Assembly: GCA_963845515.1 (NCBI GenBank)
Contig: CAWJSR010000055.1
Coordinates: 96,001-160,000, forward strand
Origin: an uncultured delta proteobacterium
GTDB lineage: Bacteria; Myxococcota; Myxococcia; Myxococcales; Anaeromyxobacteraceae
Direction of reading: 5' to 3'
DNA length: 64,000 nucleotides
The notes under the pieces were generated by a model. That model worked only from the letters and a program-made list of their open reading frames with translations, was not told the DNA's origin and made no database searches. Positions 32,001-41,513 of this stretch are shown piece by piece. Both the position numbers and the translations under genes were made by a program. Positions within the stretch are counted from its first letter, which is position 1, and every line of letters begins with the position of its first letter.

Positions 32001-34786
32001 AGCCCCTGGCCGTGGCACCAGTTGGTGCAGGTCGGCGTGGTCGGCCAGCCGTGGCTGGCGACCGCACCGGTGATCGGGGTGGGCGCCGTGCCGTTCGACC
32101 TGGCCAGGGTTCCCCAGTCCACGTCCGCCGCCCCATCCCTGTGGGTGTAGGTCGCGTGGCAATCGTCGCAGAGGAGCGGGTTGGTCCGGAAGTTGGTGCG
32201 GTCCAGGTGGATCATGTGGCCGTCGCCGGTCGTGACCTGGCCGGTCGGCACCGGGGACGCCAGCGCGGGTGGCGCCGCCGTGAGGTGCTCGTCGGTGTTC
32301 AGGACGCCTGCCGTGCGGCTCTCCAGGCCGTGGCAGGTGAAGCACACTCCCTTCATCCCCTTCTTGTGATCGTGGCAGCCGATGCAGTTGCCGCCCGTCT
32401 CGTGGGTCTTGTTGAGGCCATCGTTCGTGTAGAACGCTGTCTGCGTGTGGCACACCTGGCACACGCCGTTGTTGGCGGCGTTGTACGGGCCGCCCACGAC
32501 GCCTCCCGTGTTGCTGCGGTACACGACCGTTCGAGCCGCCTCGTCCTGCGAATACGAGGGCGGCGTGATCAGCTCGCGGATGAGGCCGATGTTCCGCGTC
32601 AAGTGGCTGGTGTGGCAGTCGCGACAGGCGAGCGACCAGGAGCCCTTCTTGTTGCTGGTCGACTCAGAGCTGTGGGTCATGACCCCCGCGTGGCAGTCGC
32701 TGCAGAGCTGGCTCGAGTTGTCGCGGACGAGCAGGTTGCCGTCGCCCTTCTTCGTCGCGTCGTAGGTGACCGAGACCTTGCGGGAGAGGACGCTCTCGGC
32801 GACCGGCAGCTTCGTGTTGAACGCCTTGACCTGAAGCGTTCGCACTCCCGCCGTCAACGAGTTGACCTGGATCTCCCAGACGCCGCTGGTGGCGGTCGTG
32901 CCGTAGCGCGCGCTGGGCAGCATTGTCCCGTAGTTCGCCCCGTCGATCTGCAGGGTGACGGCGCCGACGCTGACGCCACCGGTCGGGACGGAGACGCGCG
33001 CCTGGACGCGGAGCGGGAGCCCCACGGGGCCGCCGGCGGGGTTGATGATGGAGACGCTGGGCTTGGTCGAGTTGTCGCCGGTGTCCCCCTCGCCGACGTA
33101 GGCGGTCGGGGAGAACGGGCCGATCGAGAGGGAGGTCGCCGAGTAGTTGAGGCGCACGTCCCGGGCGAAGGCCTTGAAGTAGTACTGGGTGCCGGTGTTG
33201 AGGCCGGTGACGGGGCAGCCCTTCACGCCGGGGGCCGCGACGCAGCCGACCGTGCCGTCGCCGACGGTCTCGCTGCCGGAGTAGTTCACGCCCTCGGTCG
33301 GCACGCCGGTGGGGGCGCTGCCCACCTTGACGAGGACGATCACCTCGCCGCCAGTCGCGAAGTCGGCGTCGGATGGCTCGGTGGTCCAGGCGACGTTGAC
33401 CTGCCCGCTGCCCGCGGTTCCGCTCAACCCGCTGACGATCGGGGTCGGCGCAGTGTTGTCGAGGGTGAGGGTGGCGCTGCCCGGGTCCGTCCCGGTGACC
33501 GTCGAGGTGGTCGCGAGCGCGGTGATCCTGCCGGTGACGGTGGGAGAACCCGTGAAGAGCGCGTGATCCTTCGCCGTGACGCAGACGTAGTAGTTGGTCT
33601 GGGTCGTGGTCGCGCTGATGTTGCTGGTGAAGGTGAGCGCGTTCGCGCCGGCCGGCGGGCTCGAGGCCGTGACGTACGGCGTGCCGGTGCAGTCGGCGGC
33701 CGGGTAGATCCCGACGGCCGCGACCGGCGTGCCGGTCGAGTAGGTCAGCGTCACGGTGGCGCCGGTGACGGTGGAGGTGGCGCTGGAGGTGAGCGCGAAC
33801 GTGTCCACCGCGGCCTTCGCGTTCGGCGCGATCGGGGTGGTCGTCGACTCGGAGGTGCCGGTCTTGAAGTCCGCGAGGGTGAGGGTGACCACCGCCCCCG
33901 AGGGCGTGTAGGGCCCGACGGACGCAGATGTCGCCGAGAAGTTGAACTGCGCGTCGCGCGCGAAGGCCTTGAAGTAGTACGCCGAGCCGTTGGTGAGCGT
34001 GCCCGCCGTGCACGTCTTCACGCCCGGTGCGGCCACGCAGGCCACCACGCCGTCGCCGACCGTCTCTCCCCCGAGGTAGTCCGTGCCTTCCACCGGCGTC
34101 CCGGTCGGCGCCGCGCCGACCCTGCGCAGCACGACCACCTCGCCGCCGGCGATGAAGTCGGCGTCCGAGGGCTCGGTCGTCCAGGAGACGACGACCTGCG
34201 TGTTGCCGGCGCTGCCGGAGAGGCCGGAGACGACCGGGCTCGGCGCCAGGTTGTCGACCGTGAAGGTGTTCGCCGAGTCGGTCCCCGCGCCAACCGCCGG
34301 GTTGGTCGCCGACACGTAGGCGCTCACGGAGATGTTGGTCTGCGAGGAGAGCGTCGAGTGGCCGTCGAACGTCGCAGTGACCGAGCACGTCGAAGCGGTG
34401 CCGGTCACGCCAAGGCTCGGGGACAGCGTGAGGGTCGGCGCGGCCACCGGGTTGGTGGCGGTTGCCGTCGAGATGGTGCCGGTCCCGCCCGCCGTGCACG
34501 TCACGGTGACGCTGGCGAAGTCTGCATTTCCGGTGAGAGCGAGGGTGACGGTCGTGACTGTGTAGTTCTTGACGCCCCCCGTTCCCGTGAGAGTGAAGGA
34601 GTCGAGCGTCACGTTGGAGGCGCCGGGGGCCACGGTCGCCCCCGCCGGATCGGTGTCGGTGGCGAGGGTGAGCGTGGCGCTGGCGATACCGGGGATCGTG
34701 GCGAGCAACGCCGCCGCAAGGGTTCCAAGCGCGGAGCCGCGGATCCGATCCAGCTTCGAGCACCCGTTCGTACGCTTCGTCATCAC
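26061..34786 (-). CDS. Giant secreted multiheme c-type cytochrome (CxxxxCH/CxxCH repeat family), ~2,900 aa, interrupted by several frameshifts
   Basis: Signal peptide, Thr/Ser-rich beta-sandwich N-terminus, then 39 CxxCH + 3 CxxxCH + 7 CxxxxCH counted across ORFs 28877..34786, 28416..29306, 28633..29091, 27269..28786 and 26061..27830, plus one probable motif broken at ~27415. Confidence 0.9.
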
Positions 34787-34961
34787 GCCACCCTCACATT
34801 CAGCTCGACCAAGGCCGCACCCTCGCCCGCACGCAAAGTCACACTCGAACCGGCCATCAGAACCGACGCCTCCACGCTCTCTCGACCTTCGTGGATGTGT
34901 GCGTAATTCTGGGACATTCGGCTACCTCGCGGTTCGAAGACACAAGTCCGCTGAGACCAAG

Positions 34962-34977
34962 TGCAAGCGACGGGCCC
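34962..34977 (-). promoter_or_regulatory. Putative sigma54 (-24/-12) promoter of the giant cytochrome operon
   Basis: Minus strand GGGCCCGTCGCTTGCA = GG-N10-GC with TTGCA, ~175 nt upstream of the start. Confidence 0.5.
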
Positions 34978-35112
34978 CGAAGAGGCCCGCGCATGATTCA
35001 GGCGTGCTCACGCAGAAACGTTCTGTACTCCCCTGAAACGCAGCCTCTTCGCTGTTTCCCTACAGACTACCCCCATTAGGGCCATGCGGCGCATCGCGCA
35101 GGCTGCGCCTTT

Positions 35113-36625
35113 TCACCCAGCCGCCCGCTTCCCCGGCTTCGCCTCCGGCGCGTCCGCCGCCGGGAGCACCATCTCCACCATCCGCTGGTGCAGCCCCCCG
35201 CCGGCGAAGTCGAACTGCTCGCCGTAGTCCTTCATCATCTGCTTGAAGGCGGAGAGCATGTAGCGGCGCTTGAAGCCGTCCGGGAGCGCGAGGACCTCGC
35301 GCATCTTGCGCGAGTAGAAGGTCATGTAGCACTTGCCCAGCGCGCCGGTGACGTCCTCGAGCGACATCGCGTACGGCTCGATGATCGGCGTGACCAGGTT
35401 GTACTTCGAGTAGTCGAAGACCCGGATCCGGTCCTTCATCTGCTCGAAGAGCGGCGTGAAGGGCATCGGCGTCACCACCGGGAAGACGGCGATGTCCGGG
35501 TTGAGCCGGATCGCCTCCTGCGCGGTCTTCTCGATCGACTCCCACGTCTCGGTCGGGAAGCCGATCATGAACGACGCCTCGGTCATGATGTCGGCGTCGC
35601 GCAGCAGGTCGAGCGCGCGCTTGTTCATGTCGACGTCGGTGCCCTTGTTGAGGCTGTCGAGCATCTCGTCGGAGCTGCTCTCCGCGCCCACGTAGACGTG
35701 GATGATGCCGGCGTCGCGGTACTTCGCGAGGATGTCCGCGTCCCGGATGATGTCCTCGACGCGCGTCTCGATGAGGAGCTGCACGCCGAGCTTCGCCTCG
35801 ATGAGGAGGTCGAGCAGCCGCTCCCAGCGCTCCCGGTCGTGGGTCGGGTAGGCGTCGATGAGCGTGATGAACTCGACCTCGTACGTCGTCGACCAGGTGG
35901 CGCATCTCGTCGACGACCTTCACCGGGTCGCGCGCGCGCCAGTCGCCGCGCCAGAAGAGGCGCTGGCTGCAGAAGGAGCAGCCCATCATGCAGCCGCGCG
36001 ACGTGAGGACGGAGGCCATCCGGCCCCAGGGCTCGATGTTGTAGTGGTAGTCGTCCCAGTCGAGCAGGTGCCACGCCGGCCTCGAGCGCGTCGAGGTCGG
36101 CGATGTGCGGGCGCATCGGCGGGGTGACGACGTCGCCGTCCCGCGCAGGAAGGCGATCCCCTTGACGCCCGAGGCGTCGCCGGCGGGGAGCGCGCCGAGC
36201 AGCTCCACCAGCGTCTCCTCCGGCTCGCCGCGCAGGACGTAGTCCACGCGGTTGGCGGGGTCCTCGAGGATCTCCTCGTACATGAAGGTCGGGTGCGGGC
36301 CGCCGATGATCGTCACGATCCGGGGGTTCGACCTCCTTCGCGATCGCGAGCGACCTTCAGCGCCGCCGGCACCGTGGCGGTGCTGATCGCGCCGGTCACC
36401 GGGAGGTAGTCGAGCGTCATCACGACGTCGGGGCGCGCAGCGCTCGATCTCGCGCGCGGACGTCGTCGAAGGAGTGCTTCTTGTTCATCGCGTCGAAGAT
36501 CTTCGCCTCGTGACCCGGCCGTCGATCGCCGCGCCCGCCAGGTAGGCGAGGTGCAGCGGCGGCCACGTGCCGATGACCTGCACGCCCCAGCAGGCGTACG
36601 GCGGCGTCACGAAGAGAACCTTCAT
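35113..36625 (-). CDS. B12-binding domain / radical SAM protein (BchE-like class B), multiple frameshifts
   Basis: MKVLFVTPPY..WPPLHLAYLAG, GGPHPTF, TSRGCMMGCSFC, GAES, TPMPFT spread over several frames. Confidence 0.85.
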
Positions 36626-36879
36626 CCACGACCTCCGCGTGGGCGAGCGCACGCGACCCCTCACGGCGCGTCCAGCCACGACTTCGGTCCACTATACCGA
36701 TCGTTTCGCCGGTCGTCGCTCCCACTCCGCCATACACCGGCGCGGATAGTCTTGAAATTACGATTACCTGGGGGCGACGACCCTCGCGCGTCCAGGGACC
36801 GCGGGACGAGGGAAACGAACCGGCCTTGCTCACGCGGGCGTCCTGTAGACTCCCCGCTCGACCGAAGTCCGGAGTCGCC

Positions 36880-37743
36880 ATGCCTCGACTCGCACCCATC
36901 TTCCTCCTCGCACTGTCGCTCATTGGCTGCGCCCACCGCCTGCCGCGCGTGTTGAGTGAGTCCAGGTCCCAGCACAACGACTTGATCGTGATCGAGGAGA
37001 TGGCTGGCGTCCGTTCACTCCGCTTCGAGCGCCACGGCGTCATCCAGAGCCTGATTCGGATCGGCCACCCGCTGGACCTGCAGCTCGCCTACTCGAAGGC
37101 GGCGATGGCGGCCCTTGCGCTGGTCGAGAAGCCGCGGCGCATTCTCGTCGTCGGACTCGGGGGCGGGGCGATGCCCATGTTCCTGCGCACGACCCTCCCT
37201 GACGCGACGATCGACGTCGTGGACCTCGACCCCGCCGTCATCGAGATGGCGCGCCGCTTCTTCGGGTTCCGCGAAGACGACCGACTCCGCGCCTTCGCCG
37301 ACGACGGCCGCGCTTTCGTGGAAGGGTCCGACGGCAACTATGACCTGATCTTCCTCGATGCCTATGGGTCGTCGGACATCCCCCGGCATCTGGCGACGCT
37401 GGAGTTTCTCCGGACCGTTCGCGATCGCCTTTCACCGTCCGGCGTGGTGGTCGGGAACGTCTTTGGGGCGGACCAGAACCCGTCGTTCGGTGCGATGTAC
37501 CGGACCTACGCCGCCTCCTTCGACCAACTGTGCGTCTTCGAGACCCCTCTGAACGTCAACTGGATCTTCCTCGGCCGGGGGAGCGCTCCCACGTCCATCG
37601 ACGCCGAGCTCTCAGCGAAGGCCGCGGGACTCTCCGCGCGCTACGGCCTCCCCTTTGAAATCGGGCCATACGTGGAGCGGGGCTGCATGGCGCCGAAGGT
37701 GGATGGCGGTGAGGTGCTGCGCGACGGTCCGGCGCCGCCGTAG
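36880..37743 (+). CDS. Spermidine synthase-like SAM-dependent enzyme with possible lipoprotein signal
   Basis: VGLGGG, VDLDPAV, DGR, YDLIFLDAY; N-terminus MPRLAPIFLLALSLIGC. Confidence 0.85.
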   Translation: MPRLAPIFLLALSLIGCAHRLPRVLSESRSQHNDLIVIEEMAGVRSLRFERHGVIQSLIRIGHPLDLQLAYSKAAMAALALVEKPRRILVVGLGGGAMPMFLRTTLPDATIDVVDLDPAVIEMARRFFGFREDDRLRAFADDGRAFVEGSDGNYDLIFLDAYGSSDIPRHLATLEFLRTVRDRLSPSGVVVGNVFGADQNPSFGAMYRTYAASFDQLCVFETPLNVNWIFLGRGSAPTSIDAELSAKAAGLSARYGLPFEIGPYVERGCMAPKVDGGEVLRDGPAPP

Positions 37744-37913
37744 CTGTGGTAGCGGCACCGCTGGCGCGAGCGCGGCGAAACCGCGCACGAGGCGCGCATC
37801 TAGGGTGTTTTCCGGAGGCGAGCACCGGTATCAAAGCCGGCGGCTCCCGTACTCCTCCCAATATCGACGCCGCCCGGGATGCGAGAGAGTGGAATCAAGA
37901 AAGGGAGCACGAC

Positions 37914-38318
37914 ATGACCCGGTACGAGAGCAACGCGACGGTGAAGAGCGGCTACTACTTCAACCCCATCACCATGAGCATCGTCCCGGTCTCCCGTGAC
38001 GGCGAGCGGCTCCCGAACGAGAAGGGCACCTGGTTCGCCATCCCGTGGGTCGCTGCGCTCGCGCTGACGCCCCTCCTCGGCGCCCTCTTCCTCATGTTCC
38101 TCCCGATGATCGGCTTCGTCCTCTTCGCGCAGGCGGCCGGCGTCAAGGTCGCGGGCGTCTTCCGCGGCGGCGCGGGCGAGCTCGTCGTCCCCGGCTACGC
38201 CCCCGGCATGGCGCACCTCACCGGCAAGGAGGCCACTGGTGAGAAGAAGGAGGGCGAGGTGAAGCCCGCCCCCGAGCTCGAGAAGCTGCAGAAGGAGATC
38301 GAGGAGAAGCGGAAGTAG
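37914..38318 (+). CDS. Hypothetical membrane protein
   Basis: GGAG RBS, strong GC3, TM segment LLGALFLMFLPMIGF. Confidence 0.75.
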   Translation: MTRYESNATVKSGYYFNPITMSIVPVSRDGERLPNEKGTWFAIPWVAALALTPLLGALFLMFLPMIGFVLFAQAAGVKVAGVFRGGAGELVVPGYAPGMAHLTGKEATGEKKEGEVKPAPELEKLQKEIEEKRK

Positions 38319-38320
38319 CG

Positions 38321-38372
38321 CCCCCTCACCCTGCCCTCACCTGCCCTCTCCTCCGCAGCGCGGGGGAGAGGG
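38321..38372. repeat. REP-like element (CCCTCACC..CCCTCTCC..GGAGAGGG)
   Basis: Related to copies at 53573, 56399 and 62912. Confidence 0.65.
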
Positions 38373-38448
38373 TTGTTCTTTGGGGGGCAGCGCTCTTCGC
38401 TCGGTGGGAGGGCTTTCTCTTTGGCTCCGCAGCGCTATCATGGCTCCG

Positions 38449-38741
38449 ATGCTACGCGACGACGTCCTCGGGAAGATCGCGGCCCACGAGGCCGAGCTTC
38501 GCGCCATGGGCGTCAAGCGGCTTCTGCTTTTCGGCTCCGTCGCCCGGGGGCAGGAGCGCGCCGAGAGTGACGTCGACTTCCTCGTCGAGTTCGACGGCCG
38601 GCCGGTAGGCTACTTCCACCTCTTCAAGGTCCAGCGCCAGCTCGAGGAGTGGGTCGGGCGCAAGGTCGATTTGGCACGGTCGCCAGCCTCCGGCGCGAGC
38701 TCCGGGACGAAGTGCTCGCCGAGGCAGAGCGTGCAGCGTAG
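38449..38741 (+). CDS. Minimal nucleotidyltransferase (MntA-type antitoxin); frameshift ~38675
   Basis: LFGSVARG..SDVDFLVEF; corrected end LRRELRDEVLAEAERAA*. Confidence 0.8.
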
Positions 38742-39075
38742 AGACTGGCGACTGCGGGCAGCCGACATCGTCTCCGCGGCCGAGAGGCTCGAGCGCTACA
38801 CCCGCGATGCCGGCTTCGAGCAGTTCCAGGCGAGCGAGCAACTGATCGCGGCGGTCAGCTACGAACTGCTCGTCATCGGCGAGGCCGCGAAGAGCATCCC
38901 GGCCGAGGTGCAAGCCGCTGCGCCCGCCCTGGATTGGGCAGGCATGCGCGGCATGAGGAACGTCGTCGCGCACGAGTACTTCGGCGTCGACCTCAAGGTG
39001 GTCTGGGACACGGCGACGCGGGATGTTCCGGAAATCGTGGAGCCGCTCCGGGCGCTCCTCGCTGCGGCGCGCTGA
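38731..39075 (+). CDS. HEPN/DUF86 ribonuclease toxin (HepT-type)
   Basis: IGEA, MRNVVAHEYF (Rx4H motif). Confidence 0.85.
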   Translation: MQRRDWRLRAADIVSAAERLERYTRDAGFEQFQASEQLIAAVSYELLVIGEAAKSIPAEVQAAAPALDWAGMRGMRNVVAHEYFGVDLKVVWDTATRDVPEIVEPLRALLAAAR

Positions 39076-39083
39076 AGCTCAGT

Positions 39084-39280
39084 TCATGGAGTCAGCTCGG
39101 CCACGCGGATCGCGAAACGCTCGAGGGCGTCCAGGTGGCGCGGCGCCTCGGCGAGCAGGCGGCTCCAGTCGAGCGAGCCGTACTGGTGTGCGATGCGATT
39201 GCGCAGGCTGGCGGCGTCGCTCAGTGGCGGCGTCGCTCAGGGCGGAGGCAAGGGCGTGGTCAACCACCGCGCGCCCCATC
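39084..39280 (-). pseudogene. C-terminal remnant of a second HEPN/DUF86 toxin
   Basis: VVDHALASALSDAA / SLRNRIAHQYGSLDW...; interrupted by 16-bp tandem duplication 39209-39240; no N-terminus found. Confidence 0.6.
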
Positions 39281-39327
39281 GACGTGGAGGGCACGGCGCC
39301 TGACGGCCTCCGCGCATCGGCGGGCGC

Positions 39328-39759
39328 TCACTCGACCAGCGGGTTCCGCCAGCGGAGTCCAGGGAAGCGGGCGAAGTCCGCATCGTTCGAGTGGACGACG
39401 CACCGGTGCTCGATTGCGAGGGCGGCGAGGTGAGCGTCCGTCGTGAGGTTCCCCCCCACTCCCACCGCCCCAAGCAGGCGGCCGAGCACGTCGAGGTGCC
39501 GGGCCCCGGGGTCCAGCGCCTCCACGTTCGTCCGCTCGAACCAGGACTGAACGTGCGCCATGGCCCGGGCGGGCGCGAGCGGTGTCGAGAGGACCGCGGG
39601 GTGGGTCATGATCCGGATGAACCCACAGGTCACGGCCCACGGCAGCCCGACGCCCTCGGAGCCGCTGAGCAGCTCCTCCCACCAGCGCCGGGCAGCGGCA
39701 TGGTCACGCGCCGTCCCGGTTGTACGGCGTAGACCAGGCAGGTTCACGTCGGGCATGAT
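39328..39759 (-). CDS. vapC: VapC PIN-domain toxin (indels near 5' end)
   Basis: PDVNL(LVYA), GLPWAV..GFIRI.T, GNLTTDAHLAALAIEH, SNDADFARF. Confidence 0.85.
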   Translation of the reverse strand: MMPDVNLPGLRRTTGTARDHAAARRWWEELLSGSEGVGLPWAVTCGFIRIMTHPAVLSTPLAPARAMAHVQSWFERTNVEALDPGARHLDVLGRLLGAVGVGGNLTTDAHLAALAIEHRCVVHSNDADFARFPGLRWRNPLVE

Positions 39760-40030
39760 CGACCGGGAGGGGCCGGCCTTCCGCGTAGAAGTTCCTCCGC
39801 CTCCGAGCTGATCCCGCGAGCTGGTTCAGCCTCGCCTGGTCGACGCCGGGGAGGAACCCTCCCGAGTGCGGCTCGACGACGAAGGGGCGCGGGCATCCGC
39901 CCTCTCCTGCCCGGCCAGCCCACGTCGCAGCACCTCGTCGAGGGTGCGCCTTGAAGGAGCGACGTTCGAGATGGGCCAGCTTCTTGAGCTTGGCCGCGAC
40001 ATCGTCGTCTAGCGTGACCGTGGTCCGCAT
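39760..40030 (-). CDS. vapB: VapB-type antitoxin (frameshifted)
   Basis: MRTTVTLDDDVAAKL; directly upstream of vapC. Confidence 0.75.
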
Positions 40031-40123
40031 GGAGAGCATCATGATGCGCGCCTATGTGCCGTCAAGGTGCCAGGAGGCTTCCCAAGGCCAACCTCACAAG
40101 CGTCGGACGCTCCCCGTCGGCCC

Positions 40124-40513
40124 TCAGCCCCCGGTCTTCAGCTGCTGGATCCGCTGATGCGACACGCCCAGCATCGCGGCGGCGTCGCGCACCGAGAGGC
40201 CGTACTGGTGCGTGAGCTCCTTTGCCAGCAGGACGGTCGCCTTCTGGGCGTCGGCATACAGCTCGTCGGCGCGCTCCCGGGCCGCCGTCGCACGCTTCAG
40301 CGAGCGCAGCAGCTTCGCTGGAAGCTTCACGTCGTCCACGAGCTCTGCACGGGCAGCCGCCGCGTCGCCGACGGCCAGCGCGAGCGCTTCGCGCACCCGG
40401 CGCCGCGCGCTGGCGATCGTGCGGCCGTCGCTGTTGACGCCGGCGACGCCGTGCAGCTCGGCGATCCACCAGCCTCCCTCGTCCCGCTCGTATGTAACGG
40501 TGTACTTGGCCAT
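40124..40513 (-). CDS. hicB: HicB-like antitoxin with C-terminal HTH
   Basis: YERDEGGWWIAE..GV.S.G.T; LSVRDAAAMLGVSHQRIQQL. Confidence 0.8.
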   Translation of the reverse strand: MAKYTVTYERDEGGWWIAELHGVAGVNSDGRTIASARRRVREALALAVGDAAAARAELVDDVKLPAKLLRSLKRATAARERADELYADAQKATVLLAKELTHQYGLSVRDAAAMLGVSHQRIQQLKTGG

Positions 40514-40521
40514 GGCACCTC

Positions 40522-40728
40522 CTACGCACCCCGTAGCCACCCAGCGCCCAGGCATGGCGCGAGCTGGCGCTCGATCGACCTCAGGGTCCCGGCCGGGATA
40601 TCCCGGGACCCGTGGTCCGGAACCGTGGCGAAGCATCCGCCGGCCCGGACGCGCACGTGAGAGCCCTTCTGGCGGACGACCTCGCCGCCGAGATCCTTGA
40701 TTCGAAGAAGGACCTGCCGAGCGTTCAC
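40522..40728 (-). CDS. hicA: HicA family toxin
   Basis: RQKGSHV, TVPDH, IPAGTLRSI. Confidence 0.85.
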   Translation of the reverse strand: MNARQVLLRIKDLGGEVVRQKGSHVRVRAGGCFATVPDHGSRDIPAGTLRSIERQLAPCLGAGWLRGA

Positions 40729-40806
40729 GAGCTAATCGTGTCAGCTGCGCGTACACGTGTCAATGCGGTAGACACCCATAGGGGAGTGCCCTTCCCCCTC
40801 ATGCAG

Positions 40807-40834
40807 CTTCTCCCCCAACGTGTTGGGGGAGAAG
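40807..40834. terminator. Perfect 13-bp inverted repeat downstream of the response regulator (terminator or REP variant)
   Basis: CTTCTCCCCCAAC-GT-GTTGGGGGAGAAG. Confidence 0.45.
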
Positions 40835-40859
40835 GGCCAGCGCCGCCGGCCCATCGCGT

Positions 40860-41513
40860 CTAGTCGTCGACCCGGATGACCCCGCGCTTGATCGCGAGGC
40901 GGACCAGCTCCGTCCGGTTGTGGACGCCCAGCTTCTCCATCACCTTCTCGCGGTGGCTCATCGCGGTCTTCACGCTGATGCCGAGCGTCTCGGCGACCTC
41001 CTTGTTGGAGCCGCCCTCCGCGACCAGCTTCAGGACCTGCTTCTCGCGGTCGGTGAGCGTCTCGTAGGGATCGCTGCCGCCGGGCGCGGTCGAGGCGCTC
41101 TCCTCCATCGCCACGCGCGCGACCTCGGGGTCGAGCACCAGCCCGCCGCGGTGGACCGCGCGGATGGCGTCCACCAGCCCGGCGCCCGCCGACTTCTTCA
41201 GGATGTACCCGGACACGCCGACCTTGAGCAGCCGGCGGACGTACTCACGGTCCTCGTACTGCGAGAGGATGAGCACCTTCGCGCGACGTCCCTGCTTCTT
41301 CAGCTCGATCGTCGCCTCGATCCCGCCGAGCCCGGGCATCGCGATGTCCATCACGACGACGTCGGGGTCCAGCTTCTCGACCTGCTCGATCGCCTGCTTG
41401 CCGTCGCGGGCCTCCCCGACCACCTCGATGTCGGCGTGCGGCGACAGCAGCGCACGCACCCCCTCGCGGAGGATGGCGTGGTCGTCGGCCAGCAGGACGC
41501 GGATCGCGGTCAC
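40860..41513 (-). CDS. NarL/LuxR-family response regulator
   Basis: VLLADDH, DVVVMDI.MP, LTDREKQVL..GGSNKEVA. Confidence 0.93.
   Translation of the reverse strand: MTAIRVLLADDHAILREGVRALLSPHADIEVVGEARDGKQAIEQVEKLDPDVVVMDIAMPGLGGIEATIELKKQGRRAKVLILSQYEDREYVRRLLKVGVSGYILKKSAGAGLVDAIRAVHRGGLVLDPEVARVAMEESASTAPGGSDPYETLTDREKQVLKLVAEGGSNKEVAETLGISVKTAMSHREKVMEKLGVHNRTELVRLAIKRGVIRVDD

Noticed and set aside
31427..34906. Long plus-strand ORF (1159 aa) and similar Arg/Gly/Ala-rich overlapping ORFs throughout
   Set aside because: These are antisense or shifted-frame shadows of high-GC3 genes, with no motifs.
34787..35060. GEMM or cobalamin riboswitch in the cytochrome leader
   Set aside because: No conserved aptamer motifs were recognisable by eye.
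38380..39075. Apparent MNT-HEPN fusion protein
   Set aside because: Restoring one base near 38675 gives the usual two overlapping genes.
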